Sequence record: NC_105587.1
From: Escherichia phage EC100
DNA: 64,000 bases
Direction: 5' to 3' (one strand)
Every line of letters begins with the position of its first letter. The stretch's first letter is position 1. Made by a program: the position numbers and the translations under genes. Shown here in pieces: positions 1 to 7,656 of the stretch. Under the pieces are notes generated by a model. That model was not told the origin of the DNA. It saw nothing but the letters and a program-made list of their open reading frames with translations, and ran no database searches.

Positions 1-269
1 TACATAATAAGTAAACTTTATAGTGTCATTCTAGACAGGACTCGAACCTGTTATCACTTGTGCGGACTTACGAGAACCATTCTTTCACTCGAATCGAACG
101 AGCTTCTGCCCTCGCCAAGCTGGTTTCCCCATCAACCACGCTAGAATGTTTGATTGTTTTCAGTGCAAGAGTCCGAGTCTTGGACACGACCGCTTCGCAA
201 GTACATAGGCAGCTTATCATGAGTCAGCACTTCCGAATTGCTAGCTCCGTGTTCTGCACTGAAATTTTG

Positions 270-617
270 TTAATTTAATAGTAATGTATGATCTACTTCA
301 CCATTAATTGTTCGGCATTCCTCTGGAATTGCTGGTGTAGTCTTATATTCCCACCATTCAGAACCATCATATTCACCACGTTCTAACCAAGTTCCATCAG
401 TAAACCATACGTTACCATAAAGCAATTGTCCACCGAAACCAGAATCATATTTAAAGTCTAGATTATTTAGAAAATCTTCAATATCTTTTTCTGTATAACC
501 TACGGGTAATACCCAAACTTCTTTGTCCCCATAATAACCGAATTCTATTTTAATACACTTAATTTCAGAATTAATATTCTTTAGGGCAAGTAATAATTCT
601 TCTTTAGCATTAATCAT
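270..617 (-). CDS. hypothetical protein (115 aa)
   Basis: ATG-initiated minus-strand ORF directly downstream of tRNA-Lys; no recognisable motif. Confidence 0.4.
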   Translation of the reverse strand: MINAKEELLLALKNINSEIKCIKIEFGYYGDKEVWVLPVGYTEKDIEDFLNNLDFKYDSGFGGQLLYGNVWFTDGTWLERGEYDGSEWWEYKTTPAIPEECRTINGEVDHTLLLN

Positions 618-643
618 AGCATATTTCTCGTGCTAGTTTAGTT

Positions 644-719
644 TGGTACACCCACTAGGACTTGAACCTAGAACCCTCCGCTTAAGAGGCGGTAGCTCTA
701 ACCATTGAGCTATGGATGT
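644..719 (-). tRNA. tRNA-Lys (anticodon CUU)
   Basis: Minus-strand cloverleaf: 7-bp acceptor stem (ACATCCA/TGGGTGT), D-stem GCTC/GAGC, anticodon loop CTCTTAA, T-arm CTAGG-TTCAAGT-CCTAG, encoded 3' CCA. Confidence 0.7.
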
Positions 720-896
720 ATTAAATTACTTTTTCCAGTTCATCAGCTATGGCTTTGATTTTTTCAAAGTTTACATCACTAATAATGATACCTTCCAGTG
801 ATAGAGATATTCTAGCATTTTTCGTAGCAGATTCTTTTATCTGCTCTATATCTTCTGGAGTAAACTCTCTACGTTCCATAGCTAACCTACCTTATT

Positions 897-973
897 TGGC
901 GCGACCGATGGGATTTGAACCCACATTCCCTCCCGTGACAGGGGAGTACCATTACCAAGCCAGCCCCGGTCGC
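897..973 (-). tRNA. tRNA-Asp (anticodon GUC)
   Basis: Perfect 7-bp acceptor stem GCGACCG/CGGTCGC, anticodon stem CTCCC/GGGAG with loop CTGTCAC, T-loop TTCAAAT, encoded CCA. Confidence 0.75.
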
Positions 974-982
974 ATAATTCAT

Positions 983-1168
983 TTACTCAGCTTTGAGTTT
1001 TTCAATAGCTGCATTAAGTTCTTTAAGAAACTCTTTTCGTACATTAAGACGGTTGAGACTTACTAGTATATCATGTTTAAGTTCTTCGATGTATTTCTTC
1101 TCAACTTCAATATTGTTGATAGTGCTATCACGATGAACTTCTAGCTGCGCAATTACATTCTTGGACAT
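983..1168 (-). CDS. hypothetical small coiled-coil protein (61 aa)
   Basis: ATG start preceded by GAGGAA ribosome-binding site; sits between tRNA genes. Confidence 0.4.
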   Translation of the reverse strand: MSKNVIAQLEVHRDSTINNIEVEKKYIEELKHDILVSLNRLNVRKEFLKELNAAIEKLKAE

Positions 1169-1270
1169 GCTTGTTTCCTCAGTTATTAATGAAAATGGTA
1201 TCTGTGGCTGGATTCGATGTCAGCAATGATAGCTGGTTGGCTACCGGTTTACTTAACTCTACACAGAATT

Positions 1271-1353
1271 TGGCGGGCCGTGTAGGATTCGAACCTACGT
1301 TGTCTTTCGACATGGATTAACAGTCCACCGCCAAACCGCTTGGCTAACGACCC
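1271..1353 (-). tRNA. tRNA with anticodon GUU (Asn-type) but a 13-nt variable arm
   Basis: Acceptor GGGTCGT/ACGGCCC, D-stem GCCA/TGGC, anticodon stem GTGGA/TCCAT, loop CTGTTAA, extra arm GTC-GAAA-GAC, T-arm GTAGG-TTCGAAT-CCTAC, CCA. 83 nt. Confidence 0.5.
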
Positions 1354-1505
1354 TGAATTTGTATTGCTGACTAGGATTTTCACCTAGACGGAGTTAGCAC
1401 CGTAGCGTGTAGCGGCATACCTCTCCAAACCGTGCCTCATCTTTCAATTACGGAGACAGTGTTCCTACGCGTGCCTGAATTGATTTAACAATTCTTTCAG
1501 CAAAT

Positions 1506-1581
1506 TGGACGACCGCATGAGATTTGAACTCACATAAAAAGGATTTGCAATCCTTCGCCTAAGCCATTCAGCCAACGGTCG
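1506..1581 (-). tRNA. tRNA-Cys (anticodon GCA)
   Basis: Acceptor CGACCGT/GCGGTCG, anticodon stem AAGGA/TCCTT with loop TTGCAAA, T-arm GTGAG-TTCAAAT-CTCAT, encoded CCA. Confidence 0.7.
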
Positions 1582-1650
1582 GTTTATCTTGTTCTGTCAT
1601 GTTGCTTCTCCAGTTCAATTTATGTAATTATTATACAGAACTTTTGGAAA

Positions 1651-1923
1651 CTAAGCAACTACATTTTTTAAGAATTTGATGCCTTTCTTTTTCTTCTTAT
1701 ATTTCCACGTTAATGGATTCTGTCGATTATGAACGCTTGAGATCTTTGTCTCGTCAAAGTTCTTCAATACCATGTAATCACAAGATAATTGTTTTAATGG
1801 AATGTGATCACCGTCAAAAGCGTATACATAAGGCTGTTGACTAGCACGATAATGATAGACTTTGTTAATTCTACGTTTCAGCAACTTATCCGCGCAGTAA
1901 ATAAAGAAGTTTTCAGGATGCAT
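1651..1923 (-). CDS. hypothetical protein (about 90 aa)
   Basis: Track ORF 1651..1938; internal ATG at 1923 has a GAGGGAG ribosome-binding site, so the start was moved there. Confidence 0.4.
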   Translation of the reverse strand: MHPENFFIYCADKLLKRRINKVYHYRASQQPYVYAFDGDHIPLKQLSCDYMVLKNFDETKISSVHNRQNPLTWKYKKKKKGIKFLKNVVA

Positions 1924-1940
1924 CAGCAGCTCCCTCAATT

Positions 1941-2015
1941 TGGTGCACCCTGTTCGTATCGAACGAACCTCTCAAGCTCTTCAGGCAAGCGCTAATCCAT
2001 CTCAGCTAAAGGTGC
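1941..2015 (-). tRNA. tRNA-like element, anticodon arm not resolvable (possible pseudo-tRNA)
   Basis: Good acceptor stem (GCACCTT/AGGGTGC), T-arm GTTCG-TTCGATA-CGAAC and 3' CCA, but no clean 5-bp anticodon stem could be folded by hand. Confidence 0.3.
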
Positions 2016-2101
2016 AAATTTTGGCAGGGGTAAAGGTATTCGAAACCTTTTCATGGGTTTTGGAGGCCCATTTGCAACCTATGCGTACCCCAATTATTAA
2101 T

Positions 2102-2176
2102 TGGCACACCCAACGAGGATCGAACTCGTGTTCCCACTGTGAAAGAGTGGTGTCCTAACCGCTAGACGATAGGTGC
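2102..2176 (-). tRNA. tRNA-Glu (anticodon UUC)
   Basis: Acceptor GCACCTA/TGGGTGT (two G-U pairs), anticodon stem CCACT/AGTGG with loop CTTTCAC, T-arm ACGAG-TTCGATC-CTCGT, CCA. Confidence 0.65.
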
Positions 2177-2183
2177 ATTAAAT

Positions 2184-2271
2184 TGGTGGGCGTTAATGGA
2201 GTCGAACCACTCGAGTCGCAATGACCAGGGATTTACAATCCCCTCCGCTACCACTTACGGAATAAACGCCC
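2184..2271 (-). tRNA. tRNA-Tyr (anticodon GUA), long variable arm
   Basis: Acceptor GGGCGTT/AACGCCC, anticodon stem GGGGA/TCCCC with loop TTGTAAA, long extra arm, T-loop TTCGACT, CCA. 88 nt. Confidence 0.7.
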
Positions 2272-2352
2272 ATATTTAGAAGTATTCAAATACTAGTTTA
2301 AACACTTTTAAATATGTTTCCAAATTAGATAACTATTATATCAAGTTTTAAG

Positions 2353-2391
2353 GCACTGAGCAAGTAAGATTTTGAAGAACTTGCTCAGTGC
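2353..2391 (-). terminator. stem-loop with 13-bp perfect stem, downstream of 2400..2675
   Basis: GCACTGAGCAAGT ... ACTTGCTCAGTGC inverted repeat; flanking U-tract weak, so possibly a processing or stability element. Confidence 0.4.
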
Positions 2392-2399
2392 TGTATTAG

Positions 2400-2675
2400 T
2401 TAGTCGAACTTAGGAGTGACAGATAAGGAGAACGGAAGTTCAAAAACTTCTTCACCCTCATTACTAACGGTAACTACACGACCTTTAAGTTCAGACATTG
2501 AAATATCAATATCAGCTTTTGCATCTGGAGACATGCCAGCTTCAACACATTTAGCTTTAACTTCCGGAAGGAGTTCTACATCGTAGAAATAAAGCCATTC
2601 AATCTCACCTTCCCAGCCTTCCCAGGATTTACAGATTGCACTTTCAATACCAGTTGCTATAACACGATTTTGCAT
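2400..2675 (-). CDS. hypothetical protein (91 aa)
   Basis: ATG start with GAAGGAG ribosome-binding site; followed by a 13-bp-stem hairpin. Confidence 0.45.
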   Translation of the reverse strand: MQNRVIATGIESAICKSWEGWEGEIEWLYFYDVELLPEVKAKCVEAGMSPDAKADIDISMSELKGRVVTVSNEGEEVFELPFSLSVTPKFD

Positions 2676-2765
2676 TCGTTAACTCCTTCATCAATTTATA
2701 TAACTATTATACCAGAAATTTAAAGCAAAAGGCAAGTACATTTTTAAAAATTCTGTTCGGAGGAG

Positions 2766-2972
2766 CTAAACTCCAGATTCTTCTGCCAAGTCTAGACTAA
2801 TAAGAGTTATAGCCATAATTGCTGCACCGTGTTCTTTTTCTCCGGTGTTTTTAGCAGAGTCTATAATAGTCTTAATCTGTTCGTAATAGCCTTTTACTTC
2901 TTGTTCAATACCTGCCTCGGCTATCATGCCTTTAGTCATGATTCGTTGCATAGTAATTTCACGGTTAGCCAT
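2766..2972 (-). CDS. hypothetical protein (68 aa)
   Basis: ATG-initiated ORF; its start overlaps the stop of a possible unlisted upstream small ORF (about 2965..3132). Confidence 0.4.
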   Translation of the reverse strand: MANREITMQRIMTKGMIAEAGIEQEVKGYYEQIKTIIDSAKNTGEKEHGAAIMAITLISLDLAEESGV

Positions 2973-3161
2973 GTTGTTTCTCCAGCTTCATTTTTAATAG
3001 TTTACAAATGAAATCAACGTCTTCATCTGTACCTAGATCTCTATCTTCAAGGGTTGCCTTGAAATTTTTCGTTAGTTCCATAAGAATAACTTCCCTAGAA
3101 CGACGTGTTGGCGGAGGTGGATGTCTATACATCTTAATTCCTTAACTTGGTAGGGGTTATA

Positions 3162-3845
3162 TCATCTATTTTTCTTAATACTTTTAGGATCTTTCCCTGT
3201 TAGGGACTTATACCTTTTCCTTAATCCAGTATCAGACAATCCTAGTTCTTTGGAGGCACGAATCCAGGAATATTTAGATACCCAGTACTCTATTTGCTCC
3301 ACAGTAATATCTGGATTTATAGTTATCTCTTTAGGAGTACATGATTTACAGTGTGTTGCTCTTGAGCTAATTTCGCAGTGACAAATAGCACACGTATTTA
3401 CAGTCCTTTCTGTATACCTGCCAATATTTTTGCCTGCATGAGTAGGTGTTAGTGCATGGCAATTTGGGCATAGGAAGGCTAAGTTATCCCATTCATTATT
3501 ATAGTGATTTCCATCCTTGTGTTCAAGTTCTAAAGGAATTGGTTTATCTAACCAACTTTCTAAGCCACAACTCTCACATTTATGTGGTTTTAGCCCCTCG
3601 TTAAGAATTTTATTCTTTAGTTTATAGGAAGAAATAGGGCTGCCGTTATATAAATACTCTGTTGCAGACTTATATTTATTATCATACTGCCTATTCGCAG
3701 GAATAACTACTATTCCTAGTTTTCCTAAATATGCTTCCAAAGTGTTCGAGGAGCAGGATAGCATTCTTGCTATCTCTGCTTTAGATTTTCCCTGAGCTAT
3801 CCACTGAGCTATTTCTTCCTTTCTATCTAGTATATCAGTTCTCAT
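3162..3845 (-). CDS. HNH homing endonuclease with N-terminal helix-turn-helix domain
   Basis: HNH motif region HKCESCG...ELEHKDGNHYNNEWDNLAFLCPNCH plus further Cys/His clusters; weak ribosome-binding site; located inside the tRNA island. Confidence 0.7.
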   Translation of the reverse strand: MRTDILDRKEEIAQWIAQGKSKAEIARMLSCSSNTLEAYLGKLGIVVIPANRQYDNKYKSATEYLYNGSPISSYKLKNKILNEGLKPHKCESCGLESWLDKPIPLELEHKDGNHYNNEWDNLAFLCPNCHALTPTHAGKNIGRYTERTVNTCAICHCEISSRATHCKSCTPKEITINPDITVEQIEYWVSKYSWIRASKELGLSDTGLRKRYKSLTGKDPKSIKKNR

Positions 3846-3868
3846 AGTTTATGACTTTATAATTAAGT

Positions 3869-3946
3869 TGGTGGCTCCCCGAGGATTCGAACCTACGTAC
3901 CTTCCGGTTATGAGCCGGGTGCTCATACCATATGAGCTTGAGAACC
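3869..3946 (-). tRNA. tRNA with anticodon CAU (Met or Ile2-type)
   Basis: Acceptor GGTTCTC/GGGAGCC, D-stem GCTC/GAGC, anticodon loop CTCATAA on a CCGG stem, T-loop TTCGAAT, CCA. T-stem pairs only partially. Confidence 0.5.
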
Positions 3947-3952
3947 AAAATC

Positions 3953-4041
3953 TGGCGGAAGAAGTGGGAATCGAACCCACAAGGCTATATTTCAAACCGA
4001 CAGATTAGCAATCTGCTGCAATACCGTTATGCTATTCTTCC
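3953..4041 (-). tRNA. tRNA-Ser (anticodon GCU), long variable arm
   Basis: Perfect acceptor GGAAGAA/TTCTTCC, anticodon stem GCAGA/TCTGT with loop TTGCTAA, long extra arm, T-arm GTGGG-TTCGATT-CCCAC, CCA. Confidence 0.7.
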
Positions 4042-4062
4042 GAATTTATAAGATATATTATA

Positions 4063-4581
4063 TTAGAAATTTAGCTTCATAGCAAGAAAATTTTTCAAGT
4101 TTTCGGTAGACATCTCATCCACATCTACAGGAGAAACAAATCCATTTAATTTTCTAGCAAATTTTTCACCCGCAGGATCGTTGTCCCCGACAGCTACCAA
4201 TTTAAAAGGTAATAATTTCAGTTGCTTTAATAAGGCTTTTCCTGGAGAAGAACCCAACATTGCCAGGGCTGGATAACCAGCGTTATGTAACGCAACTGCC
4301 TTAAATACAGATTCAGCAATCAATACTACTTTTTCATCTCCATTGAGAGTTTCTAGTCCCCATACACACTGTGTAGTAGAATAGGTAAAATATTTAGCTT
4401 CAAAGGGGCACTTACCATGCCCTTTTGGAGCAGAAGGATTATAAGTCTGATAGCCTCTCAACATCCCAGAGAAGTCATACAACGGGACTGTTAGCCATCC
4501 TTCTGGACTTAACCAGCAATGATATTTATCTGTATCAAATCCCCTAGATAAGAGGTGCTGTGTTAGCTCATCAACATTCAT
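4063..4581 (-). CDS. Toprim-domain protein (primase-like catalytic core without zinc ribbon)
   Basis: Toprim signature VVLIAESVFKA (Glu) ... LVAVGDNDPAG (DxD); start moved to the ATG at 4581, which has a GAGAGAGGAA ribosome-binding site. Confidence 0.5.
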   Translation of the reverse strand: MNVDELTQHLLSRGFDTDKYHCWLSPEGWLTVPLYDFSGMLRGYQTYNPSAPKGHGKCPFEAKYFTYSTTQCVWGLETLNGDEKVVLIAESVFKAVALHNAGYPALAMLGSSPGKALLKQLKLLPFKLVAVGDNDPAGEKFARKLNGFVSPVDVDEMSTENLKNFLAMKLNF

Positions 4582-4756
4582 ATTTGGTTCCTCTCTCAAA
4601 TTTATAGATATATTATACAGAGAATTTAGCATTCAAGCAATCAAATTTTTTAACTTTTTAGAGGAAAATCATAGGGCACTTAAGGGTAGCAGATAAGTGG
4701 TGAGGACCAAAATTTGTGACCCCACTAAAAATCCGGGGGCAATTTTTAAAGACCCC

Positions 4757-4785
4757 TTGACATTTTCGCTGGGGTAGTGTAAAGT
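4757..4785 (+). promoter_or_regulatory. sigma70-type promoter (TTGACA, 17 bp, TAAAGT) for the plus-strand low-complexity module
   Basis: TTGACATTTTCGC -35 core shared with the element at 32904; 60 nt upstream of the GGAGG ribosome-binding site. Confidence 0.45.
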
Positions 4786-4848
4786 ATATGTTATGGATGA
4801 GTGATCAAAGAGACACACATTTTCTGTATACTAGGAGGTGTCAAAAAA

Positions 4849-5840
4849 TGACAGAAGAAGTAGCTAAGAGTCCTGAGACCGTCGCTAGCGTTGCGGCAGA
4901 ACTGCACCGTCACGAGGAATCAGATAAGAAAAAGTGGGAGAAGGTCAGAGCCTACGAAGAAAAACATCGTGAACACGATGATGAAGACGATGAAGATGAC
5001 GATGATGAACATTGTCATAAATATGGAAAACATAAAATGCAAGAACCAGTAAACGTATTTACTAATGGCTTCCCTGGCCTACTAGGTGGTTACCCAGCAA
5101 ACGTAGGTGCTTTCGGTGGTGAAGGTATGGGACTATTCGGAGCTATCCTAATCGGCGCTCTATTAACAGGCGGATTCGGTGGTTTCGGTGGATTCGGTGG
5201 ACGTGGTGTTGTTGGTGAAGGTACCGCAGTTGATGCAGTACTTCAGAACCAAGATACCGCTAGTATTCTAGCAGCTATCAACACTACTCGTACAGAAGCT
5301 AACCAGGGTACCGGAGCTGTTTTAAGCGCAGTTAACAATGGTTTTAGCCAGACATCCCAAAACCAGAGCCGTGATACTCAGTCTGTATTAACTACGATCT
5401 ATGGTACAGGTGCTAATCTGTCTAATCAGATCTGCCAGGAAACCCGCAACGTTATTCAGGGTCAGTTCGATCTTTCTCGCCAGATTGATCAATCTTTCGC
5501 AGCTAACCAGATAGCTCGTGCACAAGATAAATTTGATTCTGCACAGATAGCTTTCCAGCAGACTTTACAAACTAATAACCAGTTTGCCGCTGTTCAGGCT
5601 CAGATGTGTGCTAACCAGAACTCTCTGGAACGTCAGATCGCTGAATGTTGCTGTGAACTTCAGACTGCGATCGCTGGTGTAACTACTGCGCGTATCCAGG
5701 ATGAGTTAGATGCATGTCGCCTACGTGAAGCAATCGCTGCGGGTAGCGGTGCTAACGGTCAGGTAATTAATCAAATCGCTTTAAGTCTTGGTGCTATCAC
5801 TCAGACTCTGGCTGGTCTGCAGGCTAAACTGCCGGCTTAA
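4849..5840 (+). CDS. low-complexity protein: acidic N-terminus, Gly-zipper hydrophobic segment, Q/N/T-rich Cys-containing C-terminus
   Basis: GGAGG ribosome-binding site 9 nt upstream of the ATG at 4849; acidic run DDEDDEDDDDE, GLFGAILIGALLTGGFGGFGGFGG, roughly 200 aa Q/N/A/T-rich tail with CCC. Confidence 0.55.
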
Positions 5841-5861
5841 TATTAAGGGGAGGAGCCCATT

Positions 5862-6275
5862 ATGAGTAAATATGGTTTTGTAAATAACGGACTTAATCAA
5901 AGTATGGGCTCCCAGCAGCCCATTCCGGGTCTGGATAACCCCTACTTACAACAGTTGCAACAGCGTTTAGCAGAAGCGCAACAGATGCAGCAACAACTCC
6001 AGCAAAACCCTGGAAGTGTGAGTCCTATGCAAATGATGCAGCAAATGAGCGGGCAGTCGCAAATGCCTCAACAAATGCAGCAACAGATGCCGCAGCAAGT
6101 TCAGCAACAAACCCAACAACCGCAGGTTTCTGCGGAAGGACAGGCAGTACTAGCCCTTTTCGAAGACTTCGCAAAGACAGAGGATGGGAAACAGCTTGTA
6201 TCACTTATGGGTAAGTTTAATAGCTTCTGCCAAAGCCAAATTGCAAAAGCTCAAAATAGCGGTAATAACTCCTAA
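5862..6275 (+). CDS. glutamine-rich protein (137 aa)
   Basis: GGAGG ribosome-binding site; QQLQQRLAEAQQMQQQLQQ...QQMQQQMPQQVQQQTQQPQ; codon usage of highly expressed genes. Confidence 0.55.
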   Translation: MSKYGFVNNGLNQSMGSQQPIPGLDNPYLQQLQQRLAEAQQMQQQLQQNPGSVSPMQMMQQMSGQSQMPQQMQQQMPQQVQQQTQQPQVSAEGQAVLALFEDFAKTEDGKQLVSLMGKFNSFCQSQIAKAQNSGNNS

Positions 6276-6284
6276 GGAGGGATT

Positions 6285-6479
6285 ATGTGTTGCAGAAAAT
6301 CTGTTTCGTGCTGCCCAATGCCTGTAGCACGTTGTTGCTCTCCAGCAATGTTTACGCAAATACCGGCGTTCAATCCGTTTGCCTTTAAGCCTACTCTTAT
6401 CCTGCCCCCTAGAGTAGATTTTCAGTCAAGATTGGCCTCCCGTATGGGTGGTTGCTGTAATAAGAGTATATGGTTCTGA
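6285..6479 (+). CDS. cysteine-rich small protein with four vicinal CC pairs (64 aa)
   Basis: AGGAGG ribosome-binding site; MCCRKSVSCCPMPVARCCSP...GGCCNK; followed by an intrinsic terminator. Confidence 0.45.
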   Translation: MCCRKSVSCCPMPVARCCSPAMFTQIPAFNPFAFKPTLILPPRVDFQSRLASRMGGCCNKSIWF

Positions 6480-6495
6480 AGAACCAAACAATAAA

Positions 6496-6529
6496 GCCCC
6501 TAGTCGAAAGACTTAGGGGCTTTTCTTTT
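6496..6529 (+). terminator. intrinsic terminator ending the plus-strand low-complexity module
   Basis: GCCCCTAGTC-GAAA-GACTTAGGGGC hairpin followed by TTTTCTTTT. Confidence 0.75.
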
Positions 6530-6540
6530 ATCTTAAATAC

Positions 6541-6574
6541 AGAAAAGCCCTGCGCTCTCCAGGAAACGCAGGGC
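6541..6574 (-). terminator. intrinsic terminator after the SPFH gene
   Basis: GCCCTGCG ... CGCAGGGC hairpin with a U-tract on the minus strand; convergent with the 6496 terminator. Confidence 0.65.
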
Positions 6575-6599
6575 TTACTTCAGATGTTACATGCGGGTA

Positions 6600-7547
6600 T
6601 TATTTATTACGCATATCCATAATCATTTGGCCATCATAGCCAGTGCCAACCACAGTCTGCGGTACACCACCCTGATACTTCTGAGCACGAATCATTTCAA
6701 CTTCCAGTTGCTTCCAGCGAATCATCTCAGGAGTAATGGTACGTTGCAGTGCGGCGTTAGCTTCAGCTTCTTTCTTAGCTGCGTACAGTTTAGCATCTGC
6801 ATCACGTTCATTAGCAATAGCTTGGTTGTTGCGAGCTTCACGATCTGCTTCTGCTTGTTTAACTTTTTGCTGTGCTTCCTGTTCAACACGAGCTAATTCA
6901 GCTTTAGCAGCATTAACCTGTTCTTCACGAACTTTGGTATTCTGTACCTGTTCCATGATTACCGGTGGCAAAGTAATATCCTGAAGGAACACCTGCTTAA
7001 CTGTGTAACCATATGGGCGTGCATACTCTTCAACTTCCTGTTGAATTGCAGTTTGCAATTGAGCCTGAATTTTAGCATCAAACAAATCTTGTGCTTTAGG
7101 CACAGACTTACCAAACTCACGAATAGTAGACAATAATTTTTCAGTTACATATTTGTCTAACGCTTGATCCTGAGTACCTGCATTAATACGGTTAATCGGT
7201 GCCTTAGAACCATCAAATTGCAACATAACAGTCAAGTCAACAGTGGATTTAAACTTATCCTGACTAGGAACCTGAAGTTTATCTAATTTTACAGCAATAT
7301 CTTTTGTACTAAAAGTATCGAAAGATGCAAACGGGTTTACAAGATGGAAACCAGGTAATACTGGGTTAGGATCTACTTTACCCAGAAATGTTTGGGTTTT
7401 AACCGTACCATCAGAAACAATAGTATATGAATTAAAAGCTAGGATTAAACCTGCTAAACCAACTACAGCACCAATACCCCAACGTTTAATAGTACGAATT
7501 ACTTTCTGCTCAGAAGTCAGTTCTTTCATATTTTTAGTATTAAACAT
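6600..7547 (-). CDS. SPFH/band-7 (HflC/prohibitin-like) membrane protein
   Basis: N-terminal transmembrane helix (WGIGAVVGLAGLILAF), SPFH-like core, C-terminal Ala/Glu/Gln-rich coiled coil; ATG with AGGA ribosome-binding site. Confidence 0.65.
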   Translation of the reverse strand: MFNTKNMKELTSEQKVIRTIKRWGIGAVVGLAGLILAFNSYTIVSDGTVKTQTFLGKVDPNPVLPGFHLVNPFASFDTFSTKDIAVKLDKLQVPSQDKFKSTVDLTVMLQFDGSKAPINRINAGTQDQALDKYVTEKLLSTIREFGKSVPKAQDLFDAKIQAQLQTAIQQEVEEYARPYGYTVKQVFLQDITLPPVIMEQVQNTKVREEQVNAAKAELARVEQEAQQKVKQAEADREARNNQAIANERDADAKLYAAKKEAEANAALQRTITPEMIRWKQLEVEMIRAQKYQGGVPQTVVGTGYDGQMIMDMRNK

Positions 7548-7581
7548 ATATTTCCTTTGTTTTAGTTACAGTTAATAAAGT

Positions 7582-7656
7582 TGGCCGAGGTGACAGGATT
7601 CGAACCTGCATAAAGGAATTTAGAAGACTCCTGCCTCTCCCTTAGACTACACCCCG
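7582..7656 (-). tRNA. tRNA-Arg (anticodon UCU)
   Basis: Acceptor CGGGGTG/CACCTCG, anticodon stem GGAGT/ATTCC with loop CTTCTAA, T-arm GCAGG-TTCGAAT-CCTGT, CCA. Confidence 0.7.

Noticed and set aside
60-278. Plus-strand 72-aa ORF at the window start
   Set aside because: No ribosome-binding site, overlaps tRNA-like minus-strand motifs, Cys/Ser/Arg-rich translation typical of a wrong frame.
1366-1460. Possible additional tRNA between the 1271 and 1506 tRNAs
   Set aside because: Only a T-arm-like hairpin (CTAGG-TGAAAAT-CCTAG) with no acceptor pairing or standard anticodon loop.
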